From: Planctomycetota bacterium
GTDB taxonomy: Bacteria; Planctomycetota; GCA-002687715; CAIWVZ01
Direction of reading: 5' to 3'
Length of the DNA: 64,000 nucleotides
Assembly (NCBI GenBank): GCA_044222185.1
Contig: JBGANV010000005.1
Location: forward strand, 256,001-320,000
Shown: positions 8,154 through 18,030 of the stretch, one piece after another
How positions within the stretch are numbered: the first letter of the stretch is position 1
How the letters are laid out: every line of letters begins with the position of its first letter
Notes under the pieces: model-generated
Database searches by the model: none
What the model was told of the DNA's origin: nothing
Seen by the model: only the letters and a program-made list of their open reading frames with translations
Made by a program: the position numbers and the translations under genes

Positions 8154-10951
8154 CGCCCTGGCGCCTCGTCGAGGTGATCCACCACCAGATCGTGGAACCC
8201 GCGCCGCACCTCCGCGATCAATCCGTTGTCGCGCGTCGGGTAAACCCGGTTCGTCAAGAGGACGATGCAGAGATCGGTCTGCGGATCACACCAGATCGAC
8301 GTCCCCGTGAACCCCGTGTGCCCGAAGGCTCCACGGGACAGCTTGTTTCCGCCGGAGCCGCCGGGTGTGAACGTGTCCCACACGAGCGCGCGCGAGCTGT
8401 CCCTCACCAGCGACGCTGGCCGCGTGAAGAGGGAGGCCGTGCTGCGTTTGATCCAACCGGAGCCGCCACCGAGGAACGCGTTGCCGACGCGCGCCACGTC
8501 GCGCGCCGTCGCGAACAAGCCAGCGTGGCCGGACACTCCACCCATGGCGAAAGCGTTCTCGTCGTGAACCTGCCCACGAACGACCGTTCCCCGCCACGCG
8601 CAGTTCTCCGTCGGCGCGGCGTCGATCGGTGTGCCCGTGTGCGTGAATCCGCTCGCCTGCATGTGCAGCGGCTTCAAGACCTCGTCGGTGACGACCGTCT
8701 CGAACGGACGACCCGTCACGCGCTCGACGCACGCCATGAGCAGGATGAGACCCAGGTCCGAATACACGGTCTTTGCGCCCGGTTTGTCGACGAGCGGCTC
8801 GCGCGCCGCCGCATCCACGATGGCATCGCGGCCCTTCAACGTGGCGTAGAACTTCCGGAACGGCGGCAGACCGGCGCAGTGCGTCATCAAATGGCGAAGC
8901 GTCACCGCGTCCTTGTCGCCGCCGGCGAATGCCGGGACGAGTTCGCTCACCTTTTGATCCAGCGAGAGTTTCTTCTGCTCCACGAGGCGTGCGAGGACGG
9001 GCATGGTCGCGCAGACCTTCGTGAGTGAGGCGAGGTCGAAGCGGGTCGTCGCCCTGATCGCCGGCGCGCCCGCGTCGTAGGTCTCGCGACCGGCGGCGAC
9101 CTCGCAGGCGAGCTGGCCTCGACGCGTCACGACGGCGACGGCGCCCGAGAACGCGCGCCGCGCGATCTGCGAGTCGAGGAACGCGCGCACGTCGTCGGCG
9201 AGGGTCGGGCGGAAGCCCAGGTCGCTCGCGGCGGCGCGCGAGTCGGTGGCCGCATCGAGCGATTCGCCGTAGGCCGACAGCCCACCCCCGAGCGGCGCCA
9301 CGTCCGGAATCGTCACGGGCAATCGCCCCGTGATCGGCGCGCGGCCGAGCAACGCATCGCCGACGGCTTCCTCGATGGGCTCCGTCGAATCGAAAGCGCA
9401 GATCGCCGTCGGAGCCTCGGGCAACTGCCGCAGGAGGTACGGATCGCCAAACAGCACGAGGATCGATGACGGCCGGCGCTGCAGGAGCGTTCGGATCGCC
9501 GCCACGGCGCGCGCCTCCACCTCCGCCCCCACGTCGAAGTAGTGCAGGTGGACGGCCACGATCGTGACGTCGGCGTTGGCGCCAGAGATCGCCGCCGAGT
9601 CCCAACTTGCCGAGGGGTCGGTCGGCGTCACGGCGTGTCCACTGACTTTCAGGTGACCCTCCATCAACCGCTGGCGGAGAGCCCGCCGGCCGAGGTCCGA
9701 CTCCTTCGCGACGACGTTCACCACGTGCGCGCTTCGCGACGCCGTGAGGGGCAAGAGCTCCGCATCATCGCGCACGAGCGTGATTCCGCGGCGGGCGATT
9801 TCCCGCGCGACGTCCCGATGGGCTTTCGCTTCGATGAGGGACTTCCAGTCGTCGCGACCTCCGCGGCGCCCCGCGAGGAGGCCGAGCCGCTCTTTCGCGC
9901 CGAGGATCCGACGGACGGCCTCGTCCAGACGCGCCATGGGCACGCGTCCGGACTTCACCGCGGCGACGACGGCTCCGTGCGTCGCGATCGGGTCGGGCGG
10001 CATGAGCAGCACGTCCGCCCCCGCGAGCAGCGCGCGTACGGCCGCATCTCCCGGCGGCTGACCGCGCGTGATCGCCTGCATGTCGAGCGCATCCGTGATG
10101 GCGAGTCCCGTGAATCCCATCTCCTCCCGCAGGAGCTTCGTCATCACCGAGGCTTCGAGCGTCGCCGATCGATCGGGCGGCACGCCGAGCGCCTCGACCG
10201 TGAGGTGCCCGGACATCACGGCCTGCAACCCCGCCTTGATCGCCGTGCGAAACGGCAGCAGCGACGTCCGCTCGAGTTGCGCGCGATCTCCTGGGACGAC
10301 CGGCAGCTCCTTGTGCGAATCCGCCACCGTGTCGCCGTGACCGGGGAAATGCTTGCCCGTGGCGATGCATCCCGTCGATTGCAGCCCTTCGACGAACGCC
10401 GTGCCCAGTCGCGCGACGGCGGGCGCGCTCTCGCCGAACGACCGCGCGTTGATGATGGGGTTGAGCGGGTTCGTGTTCACGTCGAGGTCGGGCGCGAACA
10501 CGAGGTGGACGCCGAGTGCCGACGCCTCCTCCCCCGTCACGCGTCCGTGTTCGCGTGCGAGTCGGGTCGAACCCGTCGCGCCGAGCAGCATGGGATACCC
10601 CAGCGGCGTCGCGCCCGTGAACCGCGTGGTGACTCCACCTTCGAAGTCGCTGCCGAGCCACAGCGGCACCTTCGCCAGATCCTGCAGCTCGCCGCCCAGT
10701 CGTTTCGCATCCGCCGCCGTGCCGAGCGAGAGGATCACGCCCCCGATCCCCAGATCCTTCACGAGCGCCTTCATCTTCGCCGGCGCCGTCCCCGTCCCGT
10801 CGTCCGTCGACAGGATCCAGCACATGAACAGTTGCCCCGCCTTCTCCTCCACCGTCATGCGCGCGAGGAGCGCGTCGGCGGACTGTTGGGCGCGGGCGGA
10901 CGTGCCAAGCATCGAGACGAACGCCAGGAGAAAAAGCGCGGTGCGCTGCAT
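8150..10951 (-). CDS. nagZ: Secreted GH3 beta-N-acetylglucosaminidase fused to a beta-lactamase-fold serine hydrolase (NagZ-AmiE-like)
   Basis: ATG at 10951 with signal peptide; NagZ motif KHFPGHGDTVADSH; ITDALDM; C-terminal FDLASLTK (SxxK), YSDLG, GHTGFTGT. Confidence 0.9.
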   Translation of the reverse strand: MQRTALFLLAFVSMLGTSARAQQSADALLARMTVEEKAGQLFMCWILSTDDGTGTAPAKMKALVKDLGIGGVILSLGTAADAKRLGGELQDLAKVPLWLGSDFEGGVTTRFTGATPLGYPMLLGATGSTRLAREHGRVTGEEASALGVHLVFAPDLDVNTNPLNPIINARSFGESAPAVARLGTAFVEGLQSTGCIATGKHFPGHGDTVADSHKELPVVPGDRAQLERTSLLPFRTAIKAGLQAVMSGHLTVEALGVPPDRSATLEASVMTKLLREEMGFTGLAITDALDMQAITRGQPPGDAAVRALLAGADVLLMPPDPIATHGAVVAAVKSGRVPMARLDEAVRRILGAKERLGLLAGRRGGRDDWKSLIEAKAHRDVAREIARRGITLVRDDAELLPLTASRSAHVVNVVAKESDLGRRALRQRLMEGHLKVSGHAVTPTDPSASWDSAAISGANADVTIVAVHLHYFDVGAEVEARAVAAIRTLLQRRPSSILVLFGDPYLLRQLPEAPTAICAFDSTEPIEEAVGDALLGRAPITGRLPVTIPDVAPLGGGLSAYGESLDAATDSRAAASDLGFRPTLADDVRAFLDSQIARRAFSGAVAVVTRRGQLACEVAAGRETYDAGAPAIRATTRFDLASLTKVCATMPVLARLVEQKKLSLDQKVSELVPAFAGGDKDAVTLRHLMTHCAGLPPFRKFYATLKGRDAIVDAAAREPLVDKPGAKTVYSDLGLILLMACVERVTGRPFETVVTDEVLKPLHMQASGFTHTGTPIDAAPTENCAWRGTVVRGQVHDENAFAMGGVSGHAGLFATARDVARVGNAFLGGGSGWIKRSTASLFTRPASLVRDSSRALVWDTFTPGGSGGNKLSRGAFGHTGFTGTSIWCDPQTDLCIVLLTNRVYPTRDNGLIAEVRRGFHDLVVDHLDEAPGR

Positions 10952-11089
10952 TGGCCGAGTGTATCGAGCTTCGGACCTCGGCGCCTCGCAGGACGCGGGC
11001 GAATCTCCGAGGAATTCCCCAGGTTCAAGAATTACCGCCGATCCATGGCAGACCCGATACCCTGGGCGAGACATGAAGCCGGCAACACC

Positions 11090-11510
11090 GTGAGGGTGAA
11101 CGTGTCGCTTCCGCCGTAGCTCGCGCGCTTCGTCCGCGCGATCGTGGACAGCGGCAACCACGCATCCGTGAGCGAGATCGTCCGCGAGGCCCTGCGAGTC
11201 CTCGCGTCGCATCAGGCGGCGCAATCGGGGACGCGTGGGCACGTCGCCCGGTCTCCGTCCACCACGAAGCTTCACAGGAACAAGGCCATGCGATCCGCCG
11301 CCGCCATCCGGAAGCTGTCACGAGAATGCCGACTGGACGGGCTCTCCATCGAAGACCTCATCGATGAAGGCCGAGGTCGGAGAGGCTCGCACCGGACCTC
11401 GCGCAGGCCGTCGGGCTGCCGCTCGGCACGTTGGATTGAGGTGGCCGCAAGCCCCGGGCTCGAGCACGCGGCGCAGAAGTGCGGAGTGGAGATCCTCTCC
11501 CTCGAGATGA
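11090..11510 (+). pseudogene. Decayed type II toxin-antitoxin module (ParD-like RHH antitoxin plus PIN/VapC remnant)
   Basis: VNVSLPP*LARFVRAIVDSGNHASVSEIVREALRVL has an in-frame TAG at 11117-11119. Tail LDGLSIEDLIDEGR, then PIN C-terminal fragments DLAQAVGLPLGTLD* (11395-11439) and LEHAAQKCGVEIL in a different frame. Confidence 0.7.
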
Positions 11511-11618
11511 TCCGCAGGTGGACGGATCGGCCCGAGGCATGAACGCTCCATTCCACCCGACCGTTGCGCATGGAGGTCGGGCGACTCACGAACGACGACC
11601 TTCAGAGCGCGGAACGCG

Positions 11619-12224
11619 CTAACGGTCGGACACATCCAAGACCTCGTCGATCTCCAAAATCGCCGGCGGCGCCGGCACGTCGACGTCGCGCACGATGGAC
11701 GGGAATCCCGGAAAGTCGAGGCTCACGCGACAGGGCCCTACGGGCGCCGCGAAAGAGGTCCCATTCGCGACCACGAAAGGCCGCCACCCACGGGATTCGC
11801 CGACGGGAGCAAGACTCACGCGGACACGACCGACCGGAAGGCCGAGCGGACACTTGCCGCGCACGGTGATCTGACCGAGCGTGGATGCACAACGCAACTC
11901 GACGCGGACCGGCGCGCCGTCGACGGTGACGAGGGTTCGCATGAGCGGTACCACCGACCCGTCCGGCCGCGAACAAAGCGGTTCGAGGCGATACTCTCCC
12001 CGCGACAACGAACCGATCGCGCGGCCCGTCGCGCCGAGCGAGAGGATCACGCCCCCGATCCCCAGATCCATCACGAGCGCCTTCTCCTCCACCGTCATCC
12101 GCGCGAGGAGCGCGTCGGCGGGCTGTTGGGCGACCGCGACCCGAGCGAGCGACGTCAGGATCAGGCCGAGGCAGAAGGTGATGCGCAGCCGGTGTGGAGT
12201 GAACCCGCCCGCGGTCCACACCAC
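11619..12224 (-). pseudogene. Chimeric ORF: internally deleted copy of the GH3 5' end fused to a paralog of the 3' end of the 12294-14129 gene
   Basis: 12025-12132 is near-identical to pieces of 10572-10892 (QQ.ADALLARMTVEEKA / LV.DLGIGGVILSLG). C-terminal GQITVRGKCPLGLPVGRVRV...NGTSFAAPVGPC...PAPPAI aligns with GHVMVRAQPPFGFAVGVVRV...NGSSFAAPEGQC...PPPPAI. Confidence 0.7.
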
Positions 12225-12293
12225 TGCGCGGCGCGCCGGCGCAGGTGCGGGGCTCGATCGGCGACGCCAACATGCCCGTGGCTGGCCAACGAA

Positions 12294-14129
12294 TCATGGG
12301 ACGTCGAGATCCAGGGCCAGGTCCACGGTGCAGATCGCCGGCGGCGGAGGTATGACGACCCTGCGCTCGAAGGTGCCGAAACCGGGGATGTGCACGCCGA
12401 CGGCGCATTGCCCCTCAGGCGCGGCGAACGACGACCCGTTCTGCAACGCGAAATCCGGCCGCGGAAGGTCGTCGACCAGGGAGCGGAACATCACGCGCAC
12501 GACGCCAACGGCGAAACCGAACGGCGGTTGCGCGCGGACCATGACGTGCCCGAGCGCAAATCGGGGGCGGATCTCGATACGCGCAAGACCGCCATCGACC
12601 TTGACCAGGCAGAGCACGGCTTGCTGGATCGGCGGCCCCGCGTTGGCGCCAGCCGGACTCACCATGTACTCGCCTGCAGGAAGCCACAGCGTCCCTCTTC
12701 CGTTCGCGTCGAGGGTGACGTTCGCGAACGTGTGCGTCGGGCTTGCGAGTTGGTCTTCCATCATCCGCACCGGGTCACGATCTGCGTTCTCGGTGGGCAG
12801 CACCCGCAACGAAAGCGCCCCGTTCGACGCAGGAAGGAACTCCCGGTCGACGACGACCTCGACGGGCCAGCGCCGTGGGTCCCCAGGCGCATCCTCGAGG
12901 TCCACCGTCGTCACGGGGGGTGGGCTCCCCGCGGTGACGGGAGCGACGCGGACGGTCGCCGACTTGTCGCGAAACCCCAGGACTCCGAACGTCGTCGTGA
13001 TCCGCGGTTCCTTGGGACGGGTCTCCGTCATCAGCCACGGCCGATCCAAGTCGACGGCAAAATAGAGAACGTCGACGGTCCCGACGTCCGCGACGACGAT
13101 CTGCGCGGGGTACCTCGCTGGATCCAACGCCACCGATCGTGAGATCGGGACGAGCCCTCCCGCTTCGGCGGTGCCACCGACCCTCCGGTCGAGCCGTGCC
13201 TCGGAGATGGGGTACCGGGTGCCCGTCCGCGCGCTCTGCAAGACGACGGCTGCGGACCACACACGCACTGCCGTCAGACCTTTGACCATTTCTGAGCTGC
13301 CGGCGGTCACGGTGACAGGCGATGGAGACGGCAAGATGCGGAACCCGTGGACCAGGGGCTCCGCGTCGAGCACGTACCTGCCCGCGGAGATTCCTTGCGC
13401 ACTCCACTCGCCTCGAGCGTTGGTGGTGCCGCGCCTGGCGCGAAGCAGATCGGCAAGGAACGGCGTGCCGTAGCCTGGTCCGGCCGATGGGTCCTGCGTC
13501 GCCGGAAATGCGGGGCCGGAACGGCGGAGCGTCACGCTCACGTCCCCCACGGGAGCCCCGTCTTCGCCCTTCACCAGCACGGTAATCCGCCCGACGCCGC
13601 GCAGCGCCAGGTTCACGCACAAGAGTTCGTCGTCGGACACCACCTCCATGCGCGCGAAGGCGTCGCCGTGGTCCGGATGGCTTGCGAACGCATAAATGCG
13701 GTCCGCCGACGGAGGGACGTGCTCCAGGCTGATGACAGCCATCCCATCCGGCCCCGTGAACAGGCTCGCCGTGCGAACGACGGATCCGGCCTCGAGAACG
13801 TCGGCTTCGACCCGTGCACGTTCGACCGGCGTCCCGCGCGCGCTGACCTCGACCCGGATCGTCAGGATCCGCCCCGCAGTCGTTCCAAATGGAGCAGGCA
13901 CGAGGCCGTCGGGCGGTGCATTCGCGGGACGCGACTCGGCGGATGCGGGATCCCCTGCGGACGCGGGAAGCGCCGCCCGATCCGATGTCACAGCGTTCTC
14001 CGTCGGACCGTCGGCGACTGAGGTGGTGTGTCCGTCCTCCAACGCCCGGATCACCAGCCAGACGAGCACGACGAGCAGGATGGTGGCGGCATATGGGACG
14101 CCACGGGCTTCCTTACCGTGACCACGCAT
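12294..14129 (-). CDS. Membrane-anchored protein with carboxypeptidase-regulatory-like (prealbumin-fold) domains
   Basis: N-terminal TM; repeats such as GTPVERARVE, DGAPVGDVSVTL...TTNARGEWSAQGISAGRYVL, TLDANGRGTLWLPAGEY. Confidence 0.65.
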   Translation of the reverse strand: MRGHGKEARGVPYAATILLVVLVWLVIRALEDGHTTSVADGPTENAVTSDRAALPASAGDPASAESRPANAPPDGLVPAPFGTTAGRILTIRVEVSARGTPVERARVEADVLEAGSVVRTASLFTGPDGMAVISLEHVPPSADRIYAFASHPDHGDAFARMEVVSDDELLCVNLALRGVGRITVLVKGEDGAPVGDVSVTLRRSGPAFPATQDPSAGPGYGTPFLADLLRARRGTTNARGEWSAQGISAGRYVLDAEPLVHGFRILPSPSPVTVTAGSSEMVKGLTAVRVWSAAVVLQSARTGTRYPISEARLDRRVGGTAEAGGLVPISRSVALDPARYPAQIVVADVGTVDVLYFAVDLDRPWLMTETRPKEPRITTTFGVLGFRDKSATVRVAPVTAGSPPPVTTVDLEDAPGDPRRWPVEVVVDREFLPASNGALSLRVLPTENADRDPVRMMEDQLASPTHTFANVTLDANGRGTLWLPAGEYMVSPAGANAGPPIQQAVLCLVKVDGGLARIEIRPRFALGHVMVRAQPPFGFAVGVVRVMFRSLVDDLPRPDFALQNGSSFAAPEGQCAVGVHIPGFGTFERRVVIPPPPAICTVDLALDLDVP

Positions 14130-14462
14130 CGCCAGCCCCCATGCAGTTGCCCGCCGCTACGACACCCGATCCCGCATGACGCATGCGGTTCCTCGCAGGG
14201 CCCGATCATCCCCCCAAACCCGCCTCCGCGCCAACCGTTGGGCAGATCTTTGCTTGCGCATGCGACGCGGAGCTGCCACACTCGCCGGTCGGGTTTTCCC
14301 TGGTCGATCATTTCCATGCGCCCACGCGGCGCGGATGCGACCACGGTTTCGGGATCCTTTCCGGTCGAACGTCGACCGCATTGCCGCCTGCCGCAGGTGG
14401 CTCGCCCTCCCCGGCTTTTCGCGCATGTCCCCGCGGCGGGACGGCGCACCGAGGCTCATCCG

Positions 14463-16055
14463 TTGACCCAATCGTCATTCGAGACGTTTTCCGATCTCAA
14501 ACTCCATCCATCGATCCTGCGCGGCGTCACTGACGCCGGCTACTCCGAACCCACTCCCATCCAGAAGGCGGCGATCCCGCCCGGACTCGACGGCCGCGAC
14601 GTCATCGCCTGCGCCACGACCGGCAGCGGCAAGACGGCCGCGTTCCTCCTCCCCATCCTCGATCAACTCATCGACGAGAAGCGCGGCAAGACGCGCGCGT
14701 TGATCGTCACGCCCACGCGCGAGCTGTGCGCGCAGATCCAGGAGCAGGCCATCATCCTCGGACGCCACACGGGCATCGAGAGCGTGGCCGTGTACGGCGG
14801 CGTCGGCATGGGCCCGCAAGAGCGCGCGCTGCGCAAGAAGGTCGACATCGTCGTCGCCACTCCGGGACGCCTCCTCGACCACGTCGAACGCGGGACCGCG
14901 CGCTTCGACGACCTGGAAATCCTCGTGCTGGACGAAGCCGACCGCATGCTGGACATGGGCTTCCTCCCGGACGTGAAGCGGATCCTCCGCCTCCTGCCGC
15001 GGGATCGCCAGACGTTGTTCTTCTCCGCGACCATGCCGCCGCCGATCGCGGCGCTGACCCGCGAGATGCTGAAGGACCCGGTGAGCATCGACGTGGCGCG
15101 TCGGGCCGAACCGGCCCAGAGCGTCACGCAGTCCGTCTACGCGATCCGCGGCGACCAGAAGACGTCGCTGCTGCTCAAACTGCTCGCCGAGCCGGGCCTC
15201 GAGCGCGTCCTCGTGTTCACGCGCACGAAGCGCCGCGCGAACCGCGTGGCCGAGCAGCTCGTGGACGCCCGCGTCGGCGCAGCCCGAATCCACGGCAACC
15301 GCAGCCAGTCCCAGCGCGAACTGGCACTCGACGGCTTCAAGTCGGGCAAGGTGCGCGTCCTCGTGGCGACGGACATCGCGTCGCGCGGCATCGACGTCAC
15401 GAACGTGACGCACGTCATCAACTACGACGTGCCGTACGTGCCGGAGGATTACATCCACCGCGTCGGTCGCACGGGCCGGGCGAGCGCGCTCGGCGATGCG
15501 ATCACCATGGTCTCGCCCGAGGAGGAATCCGTCTTCCGGCAGATCGAGAAGGCCATCGGCAAGAAGTTGCCTCGGCAGCGTCACGAAGGGATGAAGGCGG
15601 AAGCCGGTCATCACACCCGCGGCCCGATCAACCGAGACCCGGAGGATCGCGAGGACGACGAGCGCCGGGCGCCGACGACCGCGCCGCGCCACGGGCACGC
15701 CCCGGCTGCGCACGGTCCACGCCGGACGCCCGGCCATCACGGCCCGGCCCAGCACGGCGGAACGCCGCGGCACCACGGACACGGCGCCGGCCACGGACGG
15801 CCCGCCGCAGCCCACGGCGGCGAGCGCCGCCACGCCGCGTCCCATGACGGCCGAGGCGCCCATTCGAGTCACCGCACCGAGCGATCGAGCGGCGCCTCCC
15901 ATGGGAGCCATCACGCCTCCACGCCCCATCGCGGGCCGGCCTCGAGCACGCGCACGCATGGATCGAGCCACGCGCCTCGCGGCTCGGGCCGCCCGTCGCA
16001 CGGCAAGTCGCACGGACGGAATTCGTCGTCCGGCCGCAACCACGGTTCGCGCTGA
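14463..16055 (+). CDS. DEAD-box RNA helicase (RhlE-like) with His/Gly/Arg-rich tail
   Basis: Q motif PTPIQ, ATTGSGKT, PTREL, TPGRL, DEAD, SAT, ASRGID, HRVGRTGR. TTG start at 14463 after GAGG. Confidence 0.95.
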   Translation: MTQSSFETFSDLKLHPSILRGVTDAGYSEPTPIQKAAIPPGLDGRDVIACATTGSGKTAAFLLPILDQLIDEKRGKTRALIVTPTRELCAQIQEQAIILGRHTGIESVAVYGGVGMGPQERALRKKVDIVVATPGRLLDHVERGTARFDDLEILVLDEADRMLDMGFLPDVKRILRLLPRDRQTLFFSATMPPPIAALTREMLKDPVSIDVARRAEPAQSVTQSVYAIRGDQKTSLLLKLLAEPGLERVLVFTRTKRRANRVAEQLVDARVGAARIHGNRSQSQRELALDGFKSGKVRVLVATDIASRGIDVTNVTHVINYDVPYVPEDYIHRVGRTGRASALGDAITMVSPEEESVFRQIEKAIGKKLPRQRHEGMKAEAGHHTRGPINRDPEDREDDERRAPTTAPRHGHAPAAHGPRRTPGHHGPAQHGGTPRHHGHGAGHGRPAAAHGGERRHAASHDGRGAHSSHRTERSSGASHGSHHASTPHRGPASSTRTHGSSHAPRGSGRPSHGKSHGRNSSSGRNHGSR

Positions 16056-16218
16056 TTCCCACCCATCGGCTGCCGTGGATCGGGCGACGTCCTGTCGCCC
16101 GATCGCGGCACGTGCGGTGCCCGCACTCGCCCGAACGAGCCGCGCTTGGCCGCGCCGTCGCGCCGAATGAATGCCGAATCCTCGGGCGCGCGACGAAGCG
16201 CCGTCTACAATCCGCCCC

Positions 16219-16929
16219 ATGATCGACTGGTCCACCGTGAAGGCGCTTTCGTTCGACTGCTACGGCACGCTCGTGGACTGGGAGGCCGGCATCCTGCGCG
16301 ACGTGAAGGCGAACTTCGTCACTCGGACGGGAAAGCCGGCGAGCGTCCTTCACGACGACGACCAGATCCTCCGCTTCTTCGCCCAGGGCGAGCCGGCGGC
16401 CCAGGCAGGGCCCTACAAGGGCTATCGCGAGGTCCTGAAGACGACGGCGCTGCGGATCAGCGACGCCGGCCATCTGAAGCTCGCCGAGCCGGAGGTGTTC
16501 GCCCACGGCATCGCCACGTGGCCCGTCTTTCCCGACACGCAAGAGGGCCTGCGTCGGCTGAAGGACCGCTTCAAGCTCGCCGTCGTCACGAACGCCGACC
16601 GCGACATCTTCTCGGGCACTGAACCCCAGCTTGGCGTGACCTTCGACGTCGTCGTCACCTCGGACGTCGTTCATTCCTACAAGCCGGCACGCAAGCACTT
16701 CGAAGAGACGATCGCCCGACTGGGTGGGGACCCCGCGTCCATCGTCCACGTCGCATCGAGCTTGTTCCACGACATCGAGCCGGCGATGGCCATGGGACTC
16801 CGCACGGCCCGGATCGACCGCCGGGGCGGCCGGAGCGGCGGGGCGACCCAGAGACCGACGACGCCCACGACGGCCAATCTCACCGTGAAATCGCTGGCCG
16901 AGCTCGTCACCGCCATCGGCCCGCTCTGA
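16219..16929 (+). CDS. HAD-superfamily hydrolase (haloacid dehalogenase type II-like)
   Basis: FDCYGTLVDWE, VTNAD, SYKP, HVASSLFHDIEPA motifs. Confidence 0.92.
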   Translation: MIDWSTVKALSFDCYGTLVDWEAGILRDVKANFVTRTGKPASVLHDDDQILRFFAQGEPAAQAGPYKGYREVLKTTALRISDAGHLKLAEPEVFAHGIATWPVFPDTQEGLRRLKDRFKLAVVTNADRDIFSGTEPQLGVTFDVVVTSDVVHSYKPARKHFEETIARLGGDPASIVHVASSLFHDIEPAMAMGLRTARIDRRGGRSGGATQRPTTPTTANLTVKSLAELVTAIGPL

Positions 16930-17031
16930 TCGTCCCGGCGCACCCCCCTGTCCGCCGGTTGAACGGAGGGAGTCTTTCCCTATCGTCCGCGTTATCTCCG
17001 GTGCCACCCACCGGAGACTGAAGCGGAGGAT

Positions 17032-18030
17032 TTGCGCGTGACTGGATTCTCGATCAAAGAGATCAACGAGAAGGTCCGAGCCGAGAGCGGTTTCGTCGAC
17101 CGACTGAAGTCCCAGATGCGGCGCGTGATCGTCGGGCAGGACTACGTCATCGAGCGCCTGATGCTCGGGCTCCTGTCGAACGGCCACGTGTTGCTGGAGG
17201 GCGTCCCCGGCCTCGCCAAGACCCTCACGGTCAGCACCCTCGCCCGCTGCCTCGGTGCCAAGTTCCAGCGGATCCAGTTCACGCCGGACCTCCTCCCCGC
17301 GGACATCGTCGGCACGCTGATCTACAGCCCGAAGGACGGAGCCTTCACCGTCCGCCGCGGGCCGATCTTCGCCAACATCATCCTGGCGGACGAGATCAAC
17401 CGCGCCCCGGCCAAGGTGCAGAGCGCGCTCCTCGAGGCCATGCAGGAGAAGCAGGTCACGATCGGCGACGAGACGCACAAGCTGCCGCAGCCGTTCCTCG
17501 TGCTCGCGACACAGAACCCCGTCGAGCAGGAGGGAACCTATCCCCTGCCGGAAGCGCAGGTCGACCGCTTCATGCTGAAGATCAAGGTCGGCTACCCGCA
17601 GAAGAGCGAGGAGCGCGAGATCCTCGAACGCATGGCGACGACCCAGCCCGACACGCAGGTCGAGAAGGTCCTCGACATCCAGGAGATCCTCTCCGCCCGC
17701 AAGGTGGTCGACGAGATCTACGTCGACGACAAGATCAAGAACTACATCGTCGACCTCGTGTTCGCGACGCGCAAGCCGGCGGACTACAAGCTCGACATCG
17801 GCCCGCTGATCGAATACGGAGCCTCGCCGCGCGCGACCATCTATCTGGCGCTCGCCGCGCGAGCCCACGCGTTCCTCCAGGGTCGCGGCTACGTCTCGCC
17901 CCAGGACGTGAAGGACGTCGCCATGGACGTCCTCCGCCACCGCGTCATCGTCTCGTACGAAGCGGAGGCGGAAGACAAGACGTCCGAAGACGTCATCAAG
18001 ACCGTCATCGACCACGTCGAAGTCCCATGA
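17032..18030 (+). CDS. moxR: MoxR family AAA+ ATPase
   Basis: GVPGLAKT (Walker A), RIQFTPDLLPADI, LADEINRAPAKVQSALLEAM, ATQNPVEQEGTYPLPEAQVDRF. GGAGG upstream. Confidence 0.96.
   Translation: MRVTGFSIKEINEKVRAESGFVDRLKSQMRRVIVGQDYVIERLMLGLLSNGHVLLEGVPGLAKTLTVSTLARCLGAKFQRIQFTPDLLPADIVGTLIYSPKDGAFTVRRGPIFANIILADEINRAPAKVQSALLEAMQEKQVTIGDETHKLPQPFLVLATQNPVEQEGTYPLPEAQVDRFMLKIKVGYPQKSEEREILERMATTQPDTQVEKVLDIQEILSARKVVDEIYVDDKIKNYIVDLVFATRKPADYKLDIGPLIEYGASPRATIYLALAARAHAFLQGRGYVSPQDVKDVAMDVLRHRVIVSYEAEAEDKTSEDVIKTVIDHVEVP

Noticed and set aside
11117-11119. TAG readthrough or recoding (also at 54728)
   Set aside because: Both in-frame TAGs lie in regions with other signs of decay, and no pyl or suppressor genes are visible, so pseudogenisation is simpler.
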